From contig NC_004460.2 of NCBI RefSeq assembly GCF_000039765.1, positions 330,001 through 362,000 on the forward strand: 32,000 bases of DNA, read 5' to 3'. Both the position numbers and the translations under genes were made by a program. Below the pieces are notes generated by a model, which was not told the origin of the DNA, ran no database searches, and was given only the letters and a program-made list of their open reading frames with translations. This stretch comes from Vibrio vulnificus CMCP6 (GTDB lineage: Bacteria > Pseudomonadota > Gammaproteobacteria > Enterobacterales > Vibrionaceae). The stretch's first letter is position 1; each line of letters opens with the position of its first letter. Of the stretch, positions 27,826 through 32,000 are shown piece after piece.

Positions 27826-28830
27826 CTATTCACCTTTGACGTTGATGAGGTCCGTGGTAATTCGATCACCGATTTCTAGGCCGGAGAGCACTTCATAGCT
27901 ATCCTCAAACTCTTGTCCTAAACGGATCGGATTCAAGATGGGTTTATTGTTGTCATCAAGCCGATAGACCACACTCAGTTCTGCACGACGGATCACCGCT
28001 TGCTTAGGTACTAATAAAAGTGCTCTTTGCCCATAGGTAAAACGAGTTTTAACCCAAGAACCAGGAACGAAATTTGCCTGATTTTCCGGTAGGTTTAAGC
28101 GAATCGGAAAACTATGAGAAGCCGAGTCTGCGTATTGGAAAAGATTGAAAGAGCTTGGTGAAACCTGTTCACCTGCCCCGTTATCAATTACAAACTGAGT
28201 CGATTCTTTAACATAAGCACGATAATCCTGCGGGATCTGTGTTTCGACACGAAGTTGCTGTAACGAGAACCCACTGAGTAAAGGTGTGCCCGGAGCCACC
28301 GTTTCACCTAACTCAACAAAGCGCTTAGTCACGACGCCATCATAAGGTGCAGTGACACTTGTGTAACCGAGAGATTCTTTCGCTTGCGCAACAGCGGCTT
28401 CTGCAGATTTGACCGCAGCCGCACTACTTCTGGCGCGAGATTCCGCTGCATCCATTTGATCTTGGGAGATGGCTCCTTTTGGCATCAACTGACGAAAGCG
28501 CTTTACTTGAGCTTGAGCTTCCGTGTTTTGCGCTTTGGCACTCGCCAACTGGGCTAAAGCAGAATCCAGCGCCGCCGACTGCTGCACCGCACTGATTTCC
28601 AACAACACCGTCCCTTGCTTGACGAAGTCGTTAACATCCACATTCAACGCTACGACTGTACCCGAGGTTTGCGCTGCTACAGTACCTTGATTGACAGGCT
28701 GGACAACACCATCAAAGACAACGGATTGCTCCACTGTCTTCAGTTCGGTGATGTAGGTTTCGGCGTGCACCATCGCTGGCACAGCAGAAAGCAATCCCAT
28801 TGCGAGTGCTGAGTGTTTAAACCATTGCAT
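27826..28830 (-). CDS. RND efflux membrane-fusion (periplasmic adaptor) protein, HlyD/AcrA family
   Basis: 334 aa with an N-terminal signal/anchor MQWFKHSALAMGLLSAVPAMVHA. It contains an Ala/Gln-rich alpha-hairpin (AQLASAKAQNTEAQAQVKR...AAVKSAEAAVAQAKESL) and beta-barrel regions. The SD is GGGAGA. Confidence 0.9.
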   Translation of the reverse strand: MQWFKHSALAMGLLSAVPAMVHAETYITELKTVEQSVVFDGVVQPVNQGTVAAQTSGTVVALNVDVNDFVKQGTVLLEISAVQQSAALDSALAQLASAKAQNTEAQAQVKRFRQLMPKGAISQDQMDAAESRARSSAAAVKSAEAAVAQAKESLGYTSVTAPYDGVVTKRFVELGETVAPGTPLLSGFSLQQLRVETQIPQDYRAYVKESTQFVIDNGAGEQVSPSSFNLFQYADSASHSFPIRLNLPENQANFVPGSWVKTRFTYGQRALLLVPKQAVIRRAELSVVYRLDDNNKPILNPIRLGQEFEDSYEVLSGLEIGDRITTDLINVKGE

Positions 28831-28868
28831 AGATAATCTCCCTTGATCTTTACGCCAGCATAGTCTTG

Positions 28869-29336
28869 TTATGCAAGTTCTGTTTTGACTTCTCGCGCAT
28901 TTTTAAAACAAATCAGTAAGTTGGTGACACCTAATCCCACCATCATGGCTGCAAAGAAAAGCACGATTTGAATGTTACCAAGCCCCAAACTTGCCACAGC
29001 AGGGCCAGGGCAAATTCCAGCCAATCCCCAACCAATACCAAAGATCGTTGCGCCCGCGACCAAACGTTTATCGATAGTTTGCTGACTGGCTAAGCAAAAT
29101 GTCTCAGCATTGAGTGGTTTCTGTTGTTTGCGTATTAGCAAGAAGTAACCTGGCATGAACACCGCCAATGCACCGCCCATCACAAACATGAGGCTTGGGT
29201 CCCATTGACCTGCGATATCGAGAAAACCAATCACTTTATTGGGGTCCGTCATGCCTGAAATCGCCATCCCCAAACCAAACAAAATACCCGCCATTAATGA
29301 CGTCAATCGAAAGACAAAATTATTCATTTTATTCAT
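28869..29336 (-). CDS. YeeE/YedE-family sulfur-compound transport membrane protein (second half-type, DUF6691-like)
   Basis: 155 aa with 4 TM segments and the motif GIGWGLAGICPGP. It is paired with the upstream YeeE/YedE gene. Confidence 0.8.
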   Translation of the reverse strand: MNKMNNFVFRLTSLMAGILFGLGMAISGMTDPNKVIGFLDIAGQWDPSLMFVMGGALAVFMPGYFLLIRKQQKPLNAETFCLASQQTIDKRLVAGATIFGIGWGLAGICPGPAVASLGLGNIQIVLFFAAMMVGLGVTNLLICFKNAREVKTELA

Positions 29337-29344
29337 GCCCTAGC

Positions 29345-29767
29345 TTAAGAAATCCAGTGAAGTCGAACAAAAACTGTCATGGCAGCTACCGCCATAAAAA
29401 TCGCCGTTGCGACGATAGAGCGTTTTGATAAACGGCCAATGCCACAGATCCCGTGACCACTAGTGCATCCATTTCCTAAACGTGTGCCGATGCCCACTAA
29501 CAACCCAGCCGCAGCGATTAATACGCCTGATGTGGGTAACGCGACCGATGCGCTCGCCGCACCGAAAGTCACGGCCAGAACACCACCACTCACCATGCCG
29601 ACGACGAACATCAAACGCCACGCAAAATCTCTTGATTTAGGGGTGAGTAATCCCGTCAAAATACCGCTAATCCCTGCCACTTTGCCGTTAACCAACAACA
29701 TGGTTAAGGCAGAAATGCCAAGTAAAATGCCTCCTGCCAACGACTCCCAAGGTACTACAAACGTCAT
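29345..29767 (-). CDS. YeeE/YedE-family sulfur-compound transport membrane protein
   Basis: 140 aa with 4 TM segments and the hallmark GNGCTSGHGICG motif. The SD is GAGGAAGAT. Confidence 0.85.
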   Translation of the reverse strand: MTFVVPWESLAGGILLGISALTMLLVNGKVAGISGILTGLLTPKSRDFAWRLMFVVGMVSGGVLAVTFGAASASVALPTSGVLIAAAGLLVGIGTRLGNGCTSGHGICGIGRLSKRSIVATAIFMAVAAMTVFVRLHWIS

Positions 29768-29782
29768 ATCTTCCTCGCAAAA

Positions 29783-30094
29783 TTAGGAACAAAAAATAAA
29801 CTGTAAACTGCCGATCAACTTTTCGATTCGGGGATCAGCTAAAGAATAAAAAACTTGCTGAGACGCTTTGCGCGCTTTGACTAAACCATGTTTCCGTAAG
29901 ACGGTGAGATGCTGTGAAAATGCGGATTGGCTCAACGTTGAGCTTTGCTGAAGCTCACCAACACCGATTTCACCTTTTGTTAGCTGACACAACACCATCA
30001 ATCGCTCAGGATGCGCGACTATTTTTAACAGCTCAGAAACGCTTTCCGCGCTCTCTCTCATCTGTTCTAAATCAATTATTTTGTCATTGCTCAT
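29783..30094 (-). CDS. ArsR/SmtB-family regulator of the SqrR/BigR (persulfide-sensing) type
   Basis: The winged HTH is LLKIVAHPERLMVLCQL...GELQQSSTLSQSAFSQHLTVLRKHGLV. It has exactly two Cys, at positions 36 and 102 from ATG 30094. They are 66 residues apart, the same spacing as Cys41/Cys107 of SqrR and Cys42/Cys108 of BigR. GGAGG lies 9 nt upstream of ATG 30094. Confidence 0.8.
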   Translation of the reverse strand: MSNDKIIDLEQMRESAESVSELLKIVAHPERLMVLCQLTKGEIGVGELQQSSTLSQSAFSQHLTVLRKHGLVKARKASQQVFYSLADPRIEKLIGSLQFIFCS

Positions 30095-30141
30095 CACAAC
30101 CACCTCCCCTGCATTGGTTTAAATCTTACGCAAACACGAAC

Positions 30142-30202
30142 ATTAGTCAACTCTAATTTAGTTATTTTACATTTAGGGTTATTTTTATTAGACATTGCTA
30201 AT
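30142..30202. promoter_or_regulatory. Twin candidate operators ATTAG-N6-CTAAT in the divergent promoter region
   Basis: ATTAGtcaactCTAAT (30142-30157) and ATTAGacattgCTAAT (30187-30202), 45 bp centre to centre. Both are followed by TTTA. Confidence 0.4.
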
Positions 30203-30246
30203 TTAAGTATGTATGGTATGCCTATCAACAACGAGGAGTGCTTGTT

Positions 30247-30432
30247 ATGACAATTGAAAACGGAGTTCGCATTTTGGCAGGTAGCATGGTGTTGCTATCC
30301 CTAGTTCTTACCCAATACGTTCACGAAAATTTTGTTTGGTTGACCGTATTTGTAGGCCTGAATTTGATTCAAAGTGCATTTACGGGCTTTTGCCCAGCCG
30401 TCTTTTTCCTTAAAAAGCTCGGCCTTAAGTAA
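30247..30432 (+). CDS. DUF2892 (YgaP C-terminal-like) small membrane protein
   Basis: 61 aa from ATG 30247 (AGGAG 9 nt upstream). Two TM helices are present, and the conserved GFCP motif occurs in LIQSAFTGFCPAVFFLKKLG. Confidence 0.75.
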   Translation: MTIENGVRILAGSMVLLSLVLTQYVHENFVWLTVFVGLNLIQSAFTGFCPAVFFLKKLGLK

Positions 30433-30517
30433 TTCGTTTTATTTGACCGAGTTGTCAGAGTTGTTTGCCTTTTCACTCTACAATTCGGTCCAATCCTAAA
30501 ATCAGAGGTTGAATATT

Positions 30518-32000
30518 ATGACTAAAATCGTGATCGTTGGTGGCGTCGCAGGTGGTGCTTCAGCAGCAGCTAGAGCACGTCGTTTGAGTGAAGATGCACA
30601 AATAATCATGTTTGAACGTGGTCCTTTTGTCTCTTTTGCGAATTGCGGCTTGCCTTACCACATTGGTGGCGATATCAAAGAGCGCAGCAAGCTGCTTCTG
30701 CAAACACCAGAGAGCTTTCTAGCACGATTTAATGTTGACGTACGTGTCATGAACGAGATTACTGCGATCAACCGTCACGAAAAAACGGTCACCGTCAAAA
30801 ACTTAATCGATGGTAGCGAATACGCTGAAAGTTATGATTTCCTATTATTGAGCCCTGGAGCTGGGCCAGTTGTGCCACCGATTCCTGGTATCGATAACCC
30901 TCTTACCCATTCTTTGCGCAACATCCCTGATATGGATCGCATCATTCAAACGATTCAAACCAACAACGTTGAACATGCCACGGTGGTTGGAGGTGGATTT
31001 ATCGGCTTAGAAATGATGGAGGCCTTCCATCAATTAGGCATTAAGACCACGTTACTCGAATTGGCTGATCAAGTGATGACTCCTGTTGATCGCGAGATGG
31101 CCGGATTTGCGCATGCGGAAATTCGCGCCAAAGGCATCGATTTACGTTTAGGTACTGCGTTAACCAGCGTTGAGTATATCGCCAATGATCATGTTGCCAG
31201 CGAAAATGCGGGTGAAGATATCCAACATCAGCATATTTCCGGCCATTTGGCGCTGAGCCTGAGTACAGGGGATACGTTAAACACTGATGTTCTGATTATG
31301 GCAATTGGTGTCCGTCCAGAAACCAAACTGGCTCAGCAAGCAGGCCTGCAAATTGGTGAGCTCGGCGGCATCTACACCAACGACATGATGCAAACCAGCG
31401 ATCCTTCTATCTATGCCGTTGGCGATGCAGTAGAAGAAAAAGATTTTGTGACAGGAAAACAAACACTTGTCCCCCTTGCTGGCCCAGCAAACCGTCAAGG
31501 TCGCATGGCAGCAGACAACATGCTTGGCCGCAGTGAGCGCTACCAAGGCACTCAAGGCACCGCGATTTGTAAGATCTTCGATTTGGCCGTTGCATCAACA
31601 GGTAAAAACGAAAAACAACTCAAACGCGATGGTGTCGAGTACGAAAAAGTCTACGTCCATACCGCGAGCCACGCGAGTTACTATCCAGGCGCTGAAATCG
31701 TGTCATTTAAAATGTTGTTTGATCCGAAAACCGGCAAAATTTTTGGTGCGCAAGCCGTCGGAAAAGACGGTGTAGACAAACGTATCGATGTCATGGCCGT
31801 CGCTCAACGCGCGGGAATGACGGTTGAACAACTTCAGCATCTTGAACTGACCTATGCGCCTCCTTACGGCAGTGCAAAAGATGTCATCAACCAAGCAGCA
31901 TTTGTCGCCAACAACTTAATCAAAGGCGACGCAAAAGCGATTCATTTTGATGAGATTGAACACCTGAACGACGACCAATTACTGCTTGATGTGCGCAACC
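30518..32000 (+). CDS. CoA-disulfide reductase-family FAD oxidoreductase with a C-terminal rhodanese domain (persulfide reductase-like); the 3' end lies beyond the window
   Basis: My own translation gives MTKIVIVGGVAGGASAAARARRL (FAD dinucleotide motif). The redox Cys is in SFANCGLPYHIGG, and the second Rossmann is VVGGGFIGLEMME. The rhodanese domain begins at ...HFDEIEHLNDDQLLLDVRN. The frame is open to nt 32000; the ORF is absent from the track because it is truncated. Confidence 0.88.
   Translation, partial: MTKIVIVGGVAGGASAAARARRLSEDAQIIMFERGPFVSFANCGLPYHIGGDIKERSKLLLQTPESFLARFNVDVRVMNEITAINRHEKTVTVKNLIDGSEYAESYDFLLLSPGAGPVVPPIPGIDNPLTHSLRNIPDMDRIIQTIQTNNVEHATVVGGGFIGLEMMEAFHQLGIKTTLLELADQVMTPVDREMAGFAHAEIRAKGIDLRLGTALTSVEYIANDHVASENAGEDIQHQHISGHLALSLSTGDTLNTDVLIMAIGVRPETKLAQQAGLQIGELGGIYTNDMMQTSDPSIYAVGDAVEEKDFVTGKQTLVPLAGPANRQGRMAADNMLGRSERYQGTQGTAICKIFDLAVASTGKNEKQLKRDGVEYEKVYVHTASHASYYPGAEIVSFKMLFDPKTGKIFGAQAVGKDGVDKRIDVMAVAQRAGMTVEQLQHLELTYAPPYGSAKDVINQAAFVANNLIKGDAKAIHFDEIEHLNDDQLLLDVRN

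Noticed and set aside
27825-27869. 15-codon extension of the RND gene overlapping the MFP gene
   Set aside because: ATG 27824, directly after the MFP stop, yields the typical RND N-terminus. The extension overlaps the MFP C-terminus.
31277-31894. Three ORFs in the track within the last 800 nt (31277-31555, 31407-31598, 31467-31775, 31703-31894)
   Set aside because: All of them overlap the truncated CoADR-rhodanese frame starting at 30518. That frame translates into a continuous and highly recognisable flavoprotein.
1-32000. Mobile elements, prophage or defence islands, CRISPR arrays, toxin-antitoxin pairs, tRNA/rRNA genes
   Set aside because: I found no integrase, transposase or recombinase-like ORFs, no terminal inverted repeats flanking a block, no spaced direct-repeat arrays and no tRNA-like sequences. 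Composition looks uniform apart from AT-rich promoters.

Overview
The window looks like a conserved Vibrionaceae, chromosome-2-type core region. This is inferred from gene content and from near-colinear similarity of NrdD/NrdG, PntAB and ModABC to the enteric proteins; no search was possible. I support about 31 CDS and no rRNA or tRNA genes, CRISPR arrays, IS elements, integrases or obvious defence islands. From left to right: a truncated sensor histidine kinase; pntAB transhydrogenase; a poorly characterised block at 4.5-9.2 kb (ComFB-like and 93-aa protein operon, membrane GGDEF cyclase, REC-GGDEF cyclase coupled to a beta-barrel OMP, acidic hypothetical protein); MarR/EamA divergent pair; cobQ-modABC; a YgiW-family protein and a small OMP; an AspC/TyrB-type aminotransferase with a retropepsin-like lipoprotein; a double-Cache MCP; nrdDG with a perfect FNR box and two NrdR boxes; a secreted EEP-family nuclease/phosphatase; an MFP-RND efflux pair directly downstream of an SqrR/BigR-type ArsR regulator and two YeeE/YedE genes; and, divergently, a DUF2892 gene and a CoA-disulfide/persulfide reductase-rhodanese gene that runs off the right edge. 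The two best candidates for something undescribed are (i) the c-di-GMP-centred block at 4511-9210 and (ii) the apparent recruitment of an RND efflux pump into a persulfide-sensor operon (24675-30094). Both are inferences from gene order and motifs, not demonstrated functions. Several ORF-track starts are over-extended, and I re-set them using homology, Shine-Dalgarno (SD) sites and overlap logic.
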